Counted from the stretch's first letter, positions 31,740 to 42,504 are shown. The stretch is 64,000 bases of DNA from Saccharolobus islandicus REY15A (GCF_000189555.1 NC_017276.1); one strand, 5' to 3'. The notes: generated from the sequence alone by a model not told the origin. A program made the numbers and translations.

Positions 31740-32822
31740 ATGGAAACGTATTTCATTCAAGAGAAAGATTTACAAAACTTAGTTACTGGAGCGTCTTTTT
31801 TAGGTACCGGAGGCGGAGGAGATCCATATATAGGAGGGCTTATGTTAAAAAGGGAATTAGAGCTTGTAAAAAAGATAGAAGTAATAACTGGAGTGAAGTA
31901 CTCAAATAGCAAATCCTTCGTTTTAGGTAGTGCAATGATGGGGGCTCCTATAGTGATGATAGAAAAAATACCCAGTAGCTCTGAAGCTAAAAAGGCTCTT
32001 GAAGTTTATTCCAAATTTACCGGTAATGAGGTTGAATATATCACACCATTGGAAATGGGTGGAGTTAATTCAACGATCCCATTAATAACATCAGCTAAGA
32101 CTGGTATTCCAGTAATTGATGGAGATGGTATGGGAAGGGCATTTCCAGAATTACAAATGACTACCTTTTACTTTTATGGCGTTCAACCTTCTCCAATCGT
32201 AATATTCGATGAAAGAGGCAATGTAAGCATAGTACAAGGTATAGATGGCTATTGGTCTGAGAAAATAGCAAGAGTTATTACTGTAAGATACGGAGGAAGT
32301 GCATACATCGCTCTATATGGTACGTCATTATCAACTTACTCAAATACTGCTGTGCTGGGCACACTGAGTTTAGCCTTAGAAATAGGTGAGCTATTAAATC
32401 AAATGCGTCTTGATGATGTCTTAGACCTTTTAAAGGCAATGATAGTGTTTAAAGGTAAGGTAGTAGATGTGCAAAGAAGAGTAGAGAAGGGATTCTCTAA
32501 AGGAAATGTAATTATAGATGACATAGAAAACATCGGTGAACAAACTATGAAGATTGATTTTCAAAACGAATTCTTAGTAGCGAGGATTAATAATAACATA
32601 GTAACTACTGTACCAGATCTCATAACAGTTTTAGATTTATTCACGTTAAAACCCATTACGACAGACAGAATAAAATATGGTCAAAAAGTCATGGTTATCG
32701 GTATACCTTCAAGTGTTAGACTGAGGAGTAAGGAAGCGTTAAGGTATATAGGACCCAGAGCCTTTGGATATGATGTGGATTTCATACCACTCGAGGAAAG
32801 GTGGAAGAAGGTTGAGAATTAG
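31740..32822 (+). CDS. DUF917 protein
   Basis: FLGTGGGGDP, EMGGVNS, DGDGMGRAFPELQM, QNEFL, VPDLI. Confidence 0.9.
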   Translation: METYFIQEKDLQNLVTGASFLGTGGGGDPYIGGLMLKRELELVKKIEVITGVKYSNSKSFVLGSAMMGAPIVMIEKIPSSSEAKKALEVYSKFTGNEVEYITPLEMGGVNSTIPLITSAKTGIPVIDGDGMGRAFPELQMTTFYFYGVQPSPIVIFDERGNVSIVQGIDGYWSEKIARVITVRYGGSAYIALYGTSLSTYSNTAVLGTLSLALEIGELLNQMRLDDVLDLLKAMIVFKGKVVDVQRRVEKGFSKGNVIIDDIENIGEQTMKIDFQNEFLVARINNNIVTTVPDLITVLDLFTLKPITTDRIKYGQKVMVIGIPSSVRLRSKEALRYIGPRAFGYDVDFIPLEERWKKVEN

Positions 32823-34353
32823 AATAGGTATTGATATTGGTAGTACTCATACGGATGCAGTAGCATTAGAAGGTAAAGAACTAATAGTAGCGGATAAAGT
32901 AATGACTACGCCAGACTTAACCACTGGACTTTTAAATGCTATAAGTAAAGTAATGGAAAAACTTGGAGAGAGAAAAAACGAAGTAGATACACTGATGATA
33001 GGAACTACTCATGGTCTAAACGCTTTACATCAAGGTAAAGGCTTAAATAGAGTAGCAATCATTAGAATTGGCTTACCGGCTGGGGAAGGAGTTCCTCCAG
33101 TATTTGACTGGCCCGAGCAACTAGCAAGCTTTGTTACTTATAAATATATGGTAAGAGGAGGGCATGAATATACCGGGGAAGAAATAGTAGAGATGGATGA
33201 GGACAAAATAAGGAAGATCGCTGAGGATATAAGCGGTAAAGTCGATGCCATAGCCATTAGTTCAATATTTTCAGTGGTAAATTCATCACATGAGATTAGA
33301 GCAAAGGAAATTTTAAGAGAGAAAGGAATTAATGTCCCCATAGTTCTTTCTCATGAAATCGGTGGAATAGGACTGCTAGAGAGGGAGAATTCAGCAATCT
33401 TAAATGCGTTGATACTTAAAATCTTTGAGAACTTAATAAACAAAATCAAACAGTTACTATCTTCTTTGGGCATAGAAAATGTGAAACTATTCTTTGCACA
33501 GAATGATGGAACTGTAGCTTCTGAAGATTTTATCAAAAACTATCCAATATTCACTGTAGCAGGGCCAGTTTCAAATAGTATTAGAGGAGCTCACTTACTG
33601 ACTGGAATAAAAGATGCCATAGTGATGGACGTAGGAGGTACTACGACAAATGTGGGTGTTCTCCATGAGGGATATCCCAGAGAATCCTCATCTGTTGTAG
33701 AGATAGCTAAAATAAGGACTAATTTCAGAATGCCTGACATATACACGATGGCATTGGGAGGAGGCACGATAGTTAATAAAGAGAAAATAGGACCAGAGAG
33801 TGTAGGTTATGCATTAATAAATAAAGGAATAGCGTGGGGAGGCGATACTTTAACTGCAACAGATGTAGCTATGATAGTAAAAGGAATAACAATAGACGGT
33901 ACAAATCCGCAGTTAATAATTAACAAATTCCCTCCAGAGTACTTGCTTAGTATATACACTAAAATGGTAGGAATGTGGGAAGACGCTATAGACTTAATGA
34001 AAACTTCAAAGGATGATGTAACGGTAATTGTTGTGGGTGGTGGAAGTATAATGGTTCCAGAGAAATTAAAAGGGGCAATGGAAGTTATAAGACCACAAAA
34101 TGCACAATACGCTAATGCGATAGGTGCAACATTAACCAAAGTTGGCGCTATAATGGAAAGGACGTTCTCTTATGATCAAATAACTAGAGAAAATGCTATA
34201 AAGAGTTTAATTGGTGAGGCTAAAAGTCTAGCCATAAAAGCTGGAGCCTTACATACAACAATAGAAGTTAGAGAAATAGAAGAAATGCAAATTCCTTATC
34301 TACCTGGAAATTCAGTGAAAGTTAAAGTTAAGGTAGTTGGTGAATTTTCTTAA
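32812..34353 (+). CDS. Hydantoinase/oxoprolinase-family protein (short A-type)
   Basis: RIGIDIGSTHTDA, GLLERENSAILNA, DVGGTTT, ANAIGA. The TTG start at 32812 has a GGTGGA SD and overlaps the DUF917 stop. Confidence 0.85.
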   Translation: MRIRIGIDIGSTHTDAVALEGKELIVADKVMTTPDLTTGLLNAISKVMEKLGERKNEVDTLMIGTTHGLNALHQGKGLNRVAIIRIGLPAGEGVPPVFDWPEQLASFVTYKYMVRGGHEYTGEEIVEMDEDKIRKIAEDISGKVDAIAISSIFSVVNSSHEIRAKEILREKGINVPIVLSHEIGGIGLLERENSAILNALILKIFENLINKIKQLLSSLGIENVKLFFAQNDGTVASEDFIKNYPIFTVAGPVSNSIRGAHLLTGIKDAIVMDVGGTTTNVGVLHEGYPRESSSVVEIAKIRTNFRMPDIYTMALGGGTIVNKEKIGPESVGYALINKGIAWGGDTLTATDVAMIVKGITIDGTNPQLIINKFPPEYLLSIYTKMVGMWEDAIDLMKTSKDDVTVIVVGGGSIMVPEKLKGAMEVIRPQNAQYANAIGATLTKVGAIMERTFSYDQITRENAIKSLIGEAKSLAIKAGALHTTIEVREIEEMQIPYLPGNSVKVKVKVVGEFS

Positions 34354-35374
34354 TTTCTTCAAATATCATTTCCTTAATTTTATGGTATCCACCAACTTCT
34401 TTCCACTTATTACTTACAGGGATTTCTAATACTCTCACCTTTATTCCGTACCTAAGGGAGTCAGAAGTAACTACATTATTATTATAATCAATTAAATTGA
34501 TAATTTCAGGTGATATTGATAGAATTTTTTCTTCTTTAAGGAAGCTTAAATACTCATTTTTAAATACTACTTCGGCATTTTCACCCCTATATTCTTCAAG
34601 GCCGTCAATTTTAGCTATACCAATTGCAAATCCTCCTAAGTTAAATCTCTTTACATCAACTATTTTACCTTCGAAAATTATCTTACCTCTTGCCAAGCTA
34701 ATCATTTCATCCAATCCTTCTTCAGTTAATGTTTTACCTAACTCGAAAGCTAGGCTTACTGTACCCAAGATAGCTCCGTTAATATACTCCCTACCAGATG
34801 CTGGGTAAAGCGAGATATATCCTCTTCCACCAAATCTTACAGTTATACTCCTTGCAATGCTCTCTGCCTTGAAGTTATCAACAGCGTCTATAATAACGCA
34901 ATTTTCACGCTCATCGCAAATACTCAAAGGTGTTGCCTTATATCCTGCAAAATGCATAGTAGTCATATATAATTCTGGAAAAGCTCTACCCTCATAATCT
35001 CCATCTACTAATGGTTTCTTACTCATTAACGATGCCATAAATGGGACAACTGAGTTTATACCACCTATTTCAATAGAAGTTATTTTAGTAACGTCTTTTC
35101 TCAAAAATTTAGTTAAGGTCATAAGAGATTTATAATATTCATGGCCTGCGGGAATCTTCTCTATACCTATCAATGGCGACCCCATACCGCCTACTCCTAT
35201 TATGAAATCTCTATCTTCATCAATTTCGTCAGTATATTCAACATAATCAATATTCATTTGAAGCATTTTTGCTTTAACAATTTTATATCCTAAAAACGGA
35301 TTTCCACCACCACCAGAACCTAATATTGAACTCCCTATTGCGAGATTGTATAGATCACTAACAGAAATTTTCAT
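34328..35374 (-). CDS. DUF917 protein, second paralog
   Basis: LGSGGGGNP, EIGGINS, DGDYEGRAFPELYM, KNEYL. Confidence 0.85.
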   Translation of the reverse strand: MKISVSDLYNLAIGSSILGSGGGGNPFLGYKIVKAKMLQMNIDYVEYTDEIDEDRDFIIGVGGMGSPLIGIEKIPAGHEYYKSLMTLTKFLRKDVTKITSIEIGGINSVVPFMASLMSKKPLVDGDYEGRAFPELYMTTMHFAGYKATPLSICDERENCVIIDAVDNFKAESIARSITVRFGGRGYISLYPASGREYINGAILGTVSLAFELGKTLTEEGLDEMISLARGKIIFEGKIVDVKRFNLGGFAIGIAKIDGLEEYRGENAEVVFKNEYLSFLKEEKILSISPEIINLIDYNNNVVTSDSLRYGIKVRVLEIPVSNKWKEVGGYHKIKEMIFEEIKKIHQLP

Positions 35375-35916
35375 GTTTTCTTATAAACCCCATTAATAAT
35401 ATAAAGTTTAAAGTTTTACTCGCTATCGTTTAGTGTATAGTCTTTCTTAGTAAACGTGAAGGGAAGATAACACCTTTCAATACAAAACATATCCGTTTAT
35501 TTCCTTTAGGCTCATCATCCCCCAATATCCCTTAGATTAAACTTAGCCCTTTTGCTCTTTTACAACTATTGTGAAAGAGACTATAATAATACCTTATTTA
35601 ATGCACATACTCTCTATAAAGACATAGTTGTTTAACAAATTTGTATCCTAATAATGACACCATGCCATACTCATGGTTAATAGTAATAATTCTCTTTCTA
35701 TAAGATTTTCATTATGTTGAAGGAAAAGATATCAACTTCTTTTGCGTGTATAAAGTTTTTATAATGTTCATTATATTAGGTAAAAATATATACTAAATAA
35801 ATGGAATTTACATTACAATCATTTGATCACTTATGGTAAGTTATCAATAATTGTACTCAAGTCTAACGGAATCAACACTCTAAACTATTATATATTTTAA
35901 ATAATATACTTTAATC

Positions 35917-36621
35917 GTGTCACCATTTAACTTATCACTAGTAATTTTTGAAATAGATCATGAGGATTGTTGGAGTAAGCTTACGTCAAGTTACCCTGTA
36001 CTAGTAAAGACCATTTTTGCGAAGCCGAATAAGGGAAAAGATTATATTTTAGGAATGGACGAAGTTAAAACATATAACAGAAGAACTTTTAAGGACTTTT
36101 TAAAGTCGTTCAAGAGAGATAAGAGTATTTACGAGATTATACAAATCTTAGAGTTGGACAATAGGAGGGGAATTTATAGGATATTATTTAAAGAAAGGTA
36201 CGAGAACATGATCATGAGTATCATAGGAAATTATATGACGTTCTATATAAAAGACTTGATAAAAGAAGGTAATGAAAGATTATTACTAATTATGCCTTCA
36301 AGTGACGTTACAATGCTTAAGAGGGATTTGGAATCCATAGGGAAGATCCATTACTTTAATTCTAAACTTGTAAACTTTAATGACTTCGTACCTACATTCT
36401 TTGATCTTTCTGAGCAAGAAAGGAATGCTGTGCTTCAGGCCATAAGACTAGGATATTATGAATATCCTAGAAGAATAAACCTAGAGGAATTAGGGAAGAT
36501 TATGGGAATATCAAAACCCACATTGGAGGAATATTTAAGGAAAGCCGAAAAGAAGATTATGTCTAAAATATTTAGGGAGTTTTACCAACAAGATCTACTC
36601 TTTCACTCTCCAGATTATTAA
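35917..36621 (+). CDS. Bacterio-opsin-activator-type HTH (HTH_10) transcription regulator
   Basis: LSEQERNAVLQAIRLGYYEYPRRINLEELGKIMGISKPTLEEYLRKAE; N-terminal HEDCWS. Confidence 0.85.
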   Translation: MSPFNLSLVIFEIDHEDCWSKLTSSYPVLVKTIFAKPNKGKDYILGMDEVKTYNRRTFKDFLKSFKRDKSIYEIIQILELDNRRGIYRILFKERYENMIMSIIGNYMTFYIKDLIKEGNERLLLIMPSSDVTMLKRDLESIGKIHYFNSKLVNFNDFVPTFFDLSEQERNAVLQAIRLGYYEYPRRINLEELGKIMGISKPTLEEYLRKAEKKIMSKIFREFYQQDLLFHSPDY

Positions 36622-36723
36622 GCTCTAAGCATATTATGTTTTTAAAATTTACCGGACAGAATACATATCTCCATATAAGTATGGACCCTTACTTATAAAC
36701 TATATATAACATAAATACCAATA

Positions 36724-38115
36724 ATGAGTGAACCTTCAGATCCTCTAAAAGCACTTGATGAGGCTAAACTATCATCTACGCACTATAGGTGGACAATCCT
36801 ATCTGCTTTAGCAGATTTTCTTGATGCAGGAGCAATAGTTGCGGGTGCCGCATCAGTAAGTATATGGGTTTCCCTCTTCCATCTTAATTCCCTTCTCTTA
36901 GGTATAATAGCTGCGTTAAGTCCAAATGCCTTTGCCGCTGGTATAGGAGCTTGGATAGCTGGACCACTAGGTGACAGATATGGAAGGAAGGCTATATATA
37001 CATATGATCTAATCGTATATGCAATAGGTGCAATAATTATATTATCAGCAATAAATTACTACATGGTTATTATAGGGTATACTATAGTAGGGTTGGCAGT
37101 GGGAGTTGACGTACCAACAAGTTGGTCACTAATAGCTGAGCTAGCTCCTAAGAGGAATCGCGGAAGATTAATGTCATTTACTAACTTATTCTGGTATATT
37201 GGACCCATAATAATATTGCTTCTAGGTATAGGCACGGTTCCGTTGGGTGTTAACTCCTTTAGAGTCCTATTCGGGTTTTTGACAATAGTTGCGATAGTAA
37301 CATGGGTCCTAAGAAGAGGAATTGCTGAATCCGCTAGATGGGGACTAGTGAAGGGAAAAGAAGAAGTGGTTAAACAAGCATTAGCGCAATTAGGACAAAG
37401 CGTAAGTGTAATACCTAAGGCTGAGACCAAAGGTAAGTGGAGTGATATGTTCAAATATTGGAAAGGATTAGCCTTCATGATCCCAATCTATATTTTCTGG
37501 GGAGTACCAGCTGGAACCTTTGGATTCTTCTTACCTTTCCTCATAGAAGATTTGTCTATCAAAAGTTCTGTAGTAGGTGATCTAGTTCAAATCGCGTGGT
37601 TCGTGACTGCAATAATTGGAGTTGTTGGAGTATACATGCAGCTATCAGACAAAGTGAATAGGAAGCTATTATATGCAGTAAGTTCTCTTATTTGCGCAAT
37701 TGGTTTCGCATTACCTATAGGTTTACCATTCAAGATACTTTGGGTAGCATTATTCAATGTATTCTTATTTGGATTCGGTCATGGAATGGCGTTATGGCCT
37801 CAAACTAGAGTCTGGTCAACGGAGCTTTTCCCAACGGAAATAAGAAACACGGCTCAAGGTTTTGTATGGGGCTGGATGAGGATAGCATTGGGAATATGGA
37901 GTATCTTCGTACCTTCAATAATTACTGTAATAGGTTATTCAGCAATAGCTGCAGTAGCTACTTCATTCTTTATACTAAATATTATTTTGGGATTATTAGT
38001 GGGACCAGATACACATGGAAAATCCTTAGAGGTGGTAATAAAGGACTTTTATGGAGGTAAAGTTCCAGTATCTAAACTAGTAGAAGTGAATACAAGACCT
38101 CTTGGCAACAAGTGA
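36724..38115 (+). CDS. MFS sugar transporter
   Basis: GDRYGRK, GVDVPTSWSLIAELAPKRNRG, ELFPTEIR. Confidence 0.9.
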   Translation: MSEPSDPLKALDEAKLSSTHYRWTILSALADFLDAGAIVAGAASVSIWVSLFHLNSLLLGIIAALSPNAFAAGIGAWIAGPLGDRYGRKAIYTYDLIVYAIGAIIILSAINYYMVIIGYTIVGLAVGVDVPTSWSLIAELAPKRNRGRLMSFTNLFWYIGPIIILLLGIGTVPLGVNSFRVLFGFLTIVAIVTWVLRRGIAESARWGLVKGKEEVVKQALAQLGQSVSVIPKAETKGKWSDMFKYWKGLAFMIPIYIFWGVPAGTFGFFLPFLIEDLSIKSSVVGDLVQIAWFVTAIIGVVGVYMQLSDKVNRKLLYAVSSLICAIGFALPIGLPFKILWVALFNVFLFGFGHGMALWPQTRVWSTELFPTEIRNTAQGFVWGWMRIALGIWSIFVPSIITVIGYSAIAAVATSFFILNIILGLLVGPDTHGKSLEVVIKDFYGGKVPVSKLVEVNTRPLGNK

Positions 38116-38119
38116 ACTA

Positions 38120-39238
38120 TTAAAGGTCATACTTTAAGCCAAAACCTTTTTCTTCTCCCAATTCGAAATATCCCTTTATTGGCTTAGGAGGATTTATCAC
38201 TCTATCCTCTAGCCATTTATATTTGGTTAAGTACTCAGCCATTGGCGAAACACTTTCTGGTTCTGATATTATAAAGTGCAAATTGTATATGTTAGAAGTA
38301 TGAGGGATTACAACACCACCATAAGCTTCAGCCAATCCAGTAATTCTCTTCATTGGAGTTATCCCTCCAACCCATACGGCATCGGGCTGTAATATTCTCA
38401 CTCCGGAATCCAAAAGCCTCTTGAAATCGTAAACGTGATAGTGATGTTCACCAGCAGATATTGGAATATCTGTTCTTTTACTTAAGTAACTATAAGACTC
38501 GAAATCATCCGGTAAGAGGGGTTCCTCAATCCAACACAACTCATATTTCTCCAATCTCCTAGCCATCTTTAATGCGAAATTCAAATTCCAAGACATCCAC
38601 GCGTCTCCAGCTAAATCCACAGAATAACCAACACTGTCCCTTATAACTTTTACCAATTCGGCATTATTGTCAACGCCTAAAGGATCAGAGGGACCACAGC
38701 AGAATCTCATCTTCATCGCAGTATATCCCTCTTCCACATAACTCCTAGCCTCCTTTTCCAACTCCTCCTTACTTGTGGGATGTAAGTGACTTGCGTAAGC
38801 CCTTATCTTATCCCTTGTTTTTCCTCCTAACAGTTCGTAAACTGGAACTCCTAGTAACTTTGCATACGCGTCGTACATTAAAAGATTAACAACACTTATG
38901 GCGTGAATTGCTATCCCACTCCTACCAATTGGCAGGGTGTATCTATATAACAAATCCCACGCCATACTTATCCTAGAGATTGGTAGATCCTTAACAAGGT
39001 TAGCTAAATTAGACATTATGAAATTACATACTGATTCAGAGGTTTCAAGAATGGAATAAGTAGCGTTATCGTCTAGATCCATTCTTATAAAACAAATCTT
39101 ATCCATGAACGCTGATTGAAATGGTGATAAAGATCCCAAATACTCTCTGTAATAATCAGTTGGCTTAGCGTAAGGAAAGTTCTGTCTTGAAATACTCTCT
39201 GTACTAATTACATATATCTTATCAATTTTTACCGTCAT
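38120..39238 (-). CDS. Enolase/mandelate-racemase superfamily sugar-acid dehydratase (L-rhamnonate dehydratase-like)
   Basis: LGGKTRDKIRAYAS, KMR, GDAWMSW, WIEEP, SAGEH, QPD. Confidence 0.85.
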   Translation of the reverse strand: MTVKIDKIYVISTESISRQNFPYAKPTDYYREYLGSLSPFQSAFMDKICFIRMDLDDNATYSILETSESVCNFIMSNLANLVKDLPISRISMAWDLLYRYTLPIGRSGIAIHAISVVNLLMYDAYAKLLGVPVYELLGGKTRDKIRAYASHLHPTSKEELEKEARSYVEEGYTAMKMRFCCGPSDPLGVDNNAELVKVIRDSVGYSVDLAGDAWMSWNLNFALKMARRLEKYELCWIEEPLLPDDFESYSYLSKRTDIPISAGEHHYHVYDFKRLLDSGVRILQPDAVWVGGITPMKRITGLAEAYGGVVIPHTSNIYNLHFIISEPESVSPMAEYLTKYKWLEDRVINPPKPIKGYFELGEEKGFGLKYDL

Positions 39239-39362
39239 GCTATAACATTTATCTGCTAAACTTTTATCTATTAACCCTAACTTGTGGGGATAAGAATGAT
39301 AGTCTTATACAGAATATACTCAACTAATCTTAACATCTATCTAAAAATTAATACCAAACCCT

Positions 39363-39370
39363 AACATGTT
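39363..39370 (+). promoter_or_regulatory. ARA box (arabinose-responsive activating element)
   Basis: AACATGTT lies 10 bp upstream of a TTTTAT TATA-like box and 40 bp before the AraDH ATG, matching the described Sulfolobus ARA box. Confidence 0.8.
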
Positions 39371-39410
39371 TGGAATCACCTTTTATTCGGCGATGAGGAA
39401 AAACATAAGT

Positions 39411-40445
39411 ATGGTTAAATCAAAAGCAGCCCTTCTGAAGAAGTTCTCAGAACCATTATCGATAGAAGACGTTGAAATTCCTGAACCAAAGGGGGAAGAG
39501 GTTTTAGTAAGAATAGGAGGAGCTGGAGTCTGCAGAACCGATTTGAGAGTATGGAAAGGAGTTGAAGCGAAACAAGGTTTCAGATTACCAATAATATTGG
39601 GCCATGAAAATGCCGGGACAGTAGTAGAAGTTGGGGAATTGGCAAAGGCAAAGAAGGGAGATAACGTTGTGGTTTACGCAACCTGGGGTGACATGACTTG
39701 CAGATATTGCAGAGAGGGGAAGTTTAACATTTGCAAAAATCAAGTGATCCCTGGGCAAACAACAAATGGCGGTTTCTCAGAGTACATGTTAGTTAAAAGC
39801 TATAGATGGTTAGTGAAATTAGACAGCCTAAGCCCAGTTGATGCATCACCATTAGCAGATGCTGGTACTACTTCTATGGGAGCTATAAGGCAAGCCTTAC
39901 CGTTTATGAACAAATTCGCAGAACCAGTTGTGATAGTTAACGGTATTGGAGGGTTAGCCGTTTACACGATCCAAATATTAAAGGCGCTAATGAAGAATAT
40001 AGTTATAGTTGGAATTTCTAGGAGTAGAAAGCATAGGGATTTGGCGTTAGAGTTGGGAGCGGATTACGCGGTTGAAATGAAAGAAGCTGAAAGTTTAATA
40101 AGCAAACTCACAGATGGCTTAGGTGCCAGTGTTGCAATAGATTTAGTGGGAACAGAGGAAACTTCTTATAATTTAGGAAAGTTGTTAGCACAAGAGGGTG
40201 CAATAATACTAGTGGGTATGGAGGGGAAGAGGGTTAGTTTAGAGGCCTTTGATACTGCGGTATGGAATAAGAAGCTTCTGGGTTCCAATTACGGTTCACT
40301 AAACGATTTAGAAGACGTTGTAAGACTTAGCGAAAGTGGGAAAATTAAGCCATATGTTGTTAAAATACCTTTAGATGAAATAAACAAGGCCTTTAAGGAT
40401 TTAGATGAGGGAAGAGTAGAGGGAAGACAAGTAATAACACCTTAG
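39411..40445 (+). CDS. araDH: D-arabinose 1-dehydrogenase (Zn-dependent MDR family)
   Basis: From MVKSKAALLKKFSEPLSIED it closely matches my recollection of S. solfataricus SSO1300; CRTD, GHE, CRYC...C motifs. Confidence 0.85.
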   Translation: MVKSKAALLKKFSEPLSIEDVEIPEPKGEEVLVRIGGAGVCRTDLRVWKGVEAKQGFRLPIILGHENAGTVVEVGELAKAKKGDNVVVYATWGDMTCRYCREGKFNICKNQVIPGQTTNGGFSEYMLVKSYRWLVKLDSLSPVDASPLADAGTTSMGAIRQALPFMNKFAEPVVIVNGIGGLAVYTIQILKALMKNIVIVGISRSRKHRDLALELGADYAVEMKEAESLISKLTDGLGASVAIDLVGTEETSYNLGKLLAQEGAIILVGMEGKRVSLEAFDTAVWNKKLLGSNYGSLNDLEDVVRLSESGKIKPYVVKIPLDEINKAFKDLDEGRVEGRQVITP

Positions 40446-41314
40446 CTCAAGTTAAGGCTTAAATGGTAACTTTTATCTCATTGGATGAAACTATCCTAAA
40501 CCACGTTATTAGCCTTTCAATAATATTACTCCAAGCTTTAACTTTACGTTATCGCTAACCTCCTTGTTAATATTAGCTTTTAACCGTAGTTCAGCATCTC
40601 CGTTAAGTGAAGGATTAATCTATTTGCACAAGGAGTGTAGTACCACCTACCCCCCTTCCCTTGAACTACCCTTAGTCATAGGGCAGACTCTTCTTTATCG
40701 TAGTGTAATCCACGTTTAGACTTCTATCAATTTGCATTACGAATCCTTCTCTCTTTAAACCCCATAGGATCAATCCACTCAGTGAACAATAGCCAATGTT
40801 TATCTCTTTTAACGTCGTAGATAGTGTATGGTGTACCAACTCCTCCTTAATTTCATTTACAGGTAACTTTTGAGGAAGAATTACGGGTTGAATAAAGTAT
40901 TGCTTTCTTATTAATAATATTATGATATATAGTCTTTTTCATAATAGTTGCAAAGGAGTAAAAGGGCTCGTTTTAACTTAAGATGTTAAAATGAGTGAGT
41001 TAATGGAAGCAACAAGATATATTTCGTATTAGCAAATGTCATTTCCCATTCGCATTTACTAAGAAAAAGACTATAGCAGTTTATAAGTAAGTCTGCACAC
41101 CGATATGGATTTTCTATTGTATATCAAAAATTTACTAAACGATCATATGTAGCTGATAATCTAAAGATCGAGGTACTAGAACTAAATATTTTTGAATCTG
41201 TGAGACCATTATCTTGGAATATCGAAAATTAGAAGAATTCTCATGAACACCTTCTGAAGATGGTAAAAGCTTAAACAAAAAGTTTATATATTATAGTCTT
41301 ATGAGACTATTCCC

Positions 41315-42463
41315 GTGAGACTACATCTCAGAAGACGAGAAGAGAAGAAGATTGCCAGCATAAAGAACTGGACGCTAATTTATGGTAATTTGAGCCAATA
41401 GCTACCAATATACCAGAAGGCGCCCAACTGGCAATTAGAGACCAATATATCTCTGGCAATCTTTGGAATTCGTCAATTACCGCTATTCCTCCATTCTTTA
41501 GAGTTCTCTTCACCTCTTCCAATGCCTTTTCAATTCTTACTATTTCATCGCTTTGAGTTATTGCGTTATTTACGTCTCCTATTATAATATAAGTGTCGTA
41601 TTTCAATGCACTCTTAACTAATGTAGTTTTTCCTGTTTTTCTCCTACGGGATTGTCAATAAGGTTTTTGATAGAAATAGCCCCTTGTTAGGGATTTTCAC
41701 ACCTTTAGAAATAGGTCTAATCTCATATGAAGACGTGCTGTCACAACTTAACGACCCAGTCTTATCGGTACTTTACAGAGACCCTTGGATAATTCCCTTC
41801 ATAGAAAGTTATGATGAGTTAAAGAAGAGAATAAAGGAGTTTTCACTAGTTGCAAAGGGTTTAATAGGAGAGGTTTTCAAAGAGGAGGAAAGACAACTCA
41901 CAGATCTATATTACAAAATATTGTTAACCTTAGGGGAAGGTGTATGGAGGAGTAAGGAAATCGCTGGAATAGTACAAAGGGAAGAACCAACAATCACCTC
42001 AATGATAAATAAATTGGCTAAAATGGGGTTGGTAAGTAAGATTCTCACATTAGGAAAAGAGAACTATTATAAACTATCTTCCCCTCCACTTTCCTTAATC
42101 TTGTATGCTGAAAGTAAGTATATGGTAAGCGAAAGGGATGCGTTGATAGAGGAACTACCCATTGGGAGGGAAGTCCAGTTTTCAATAGGAGAAATGTTAG
42201 CTAAGTACTTTGGAGGCCAACTCTACTATTCTCCTAAAGAGGACATAGATGTTGTAATAGTTAAGAAAAAGAAGCCTATATGGGCTTTTGGAATTAAGAT
42301 GGGAGAAATTACTAAAAGTGAAGCATTAAATAGTATAAAGAGGATGAGTAAGGTAAGCGAAAGGGTTGGTTTTGTCAGTTTAAAGGAGAAACCAAACGAT
42401 TATGGTGACTTAAATTTAGGTCCTAAGGAGTTAATGCAAATCGCAAAGGAGTTATCTAGTTAA
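41315..42463 (+). pseudogene. Archaeal ATPase (P-loop/wHTH) gene disrupted by an internal inversion at 41385-41647
   Basis: N-terminus on + (GTG 41315), Walker A/B segment on - (RRKTGKTT...IDEFQ), C-terminus on +; re-inversion gives a continuous 382-codon frame. Confidence 0.85.
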
Positions 42464-42504
42464 GAGAAGAAGAAATATTACTTCCAACTACCACACTCTA
42501 TATA

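Noticed and set aside
32764-32811. N-terminal extension of the hydantoinase in the ORF track
   Set aside because: Lies inside the DUF917 gene; the TTG at 32812 with an SD fits the family start better.
39366-39410. N-terminal extension of AraDH in the ORF track
   Set aside because: That ATG is part of the ARA box upstream of the TATA box; the true start is 39411.
40672-40900. Minus-strand coding-like fragment (GVGTPYTIYDVKRDKHWLLFTEW...)
   Set aside because: Frameshifted, no start and no recognisable motif; left uncalled.
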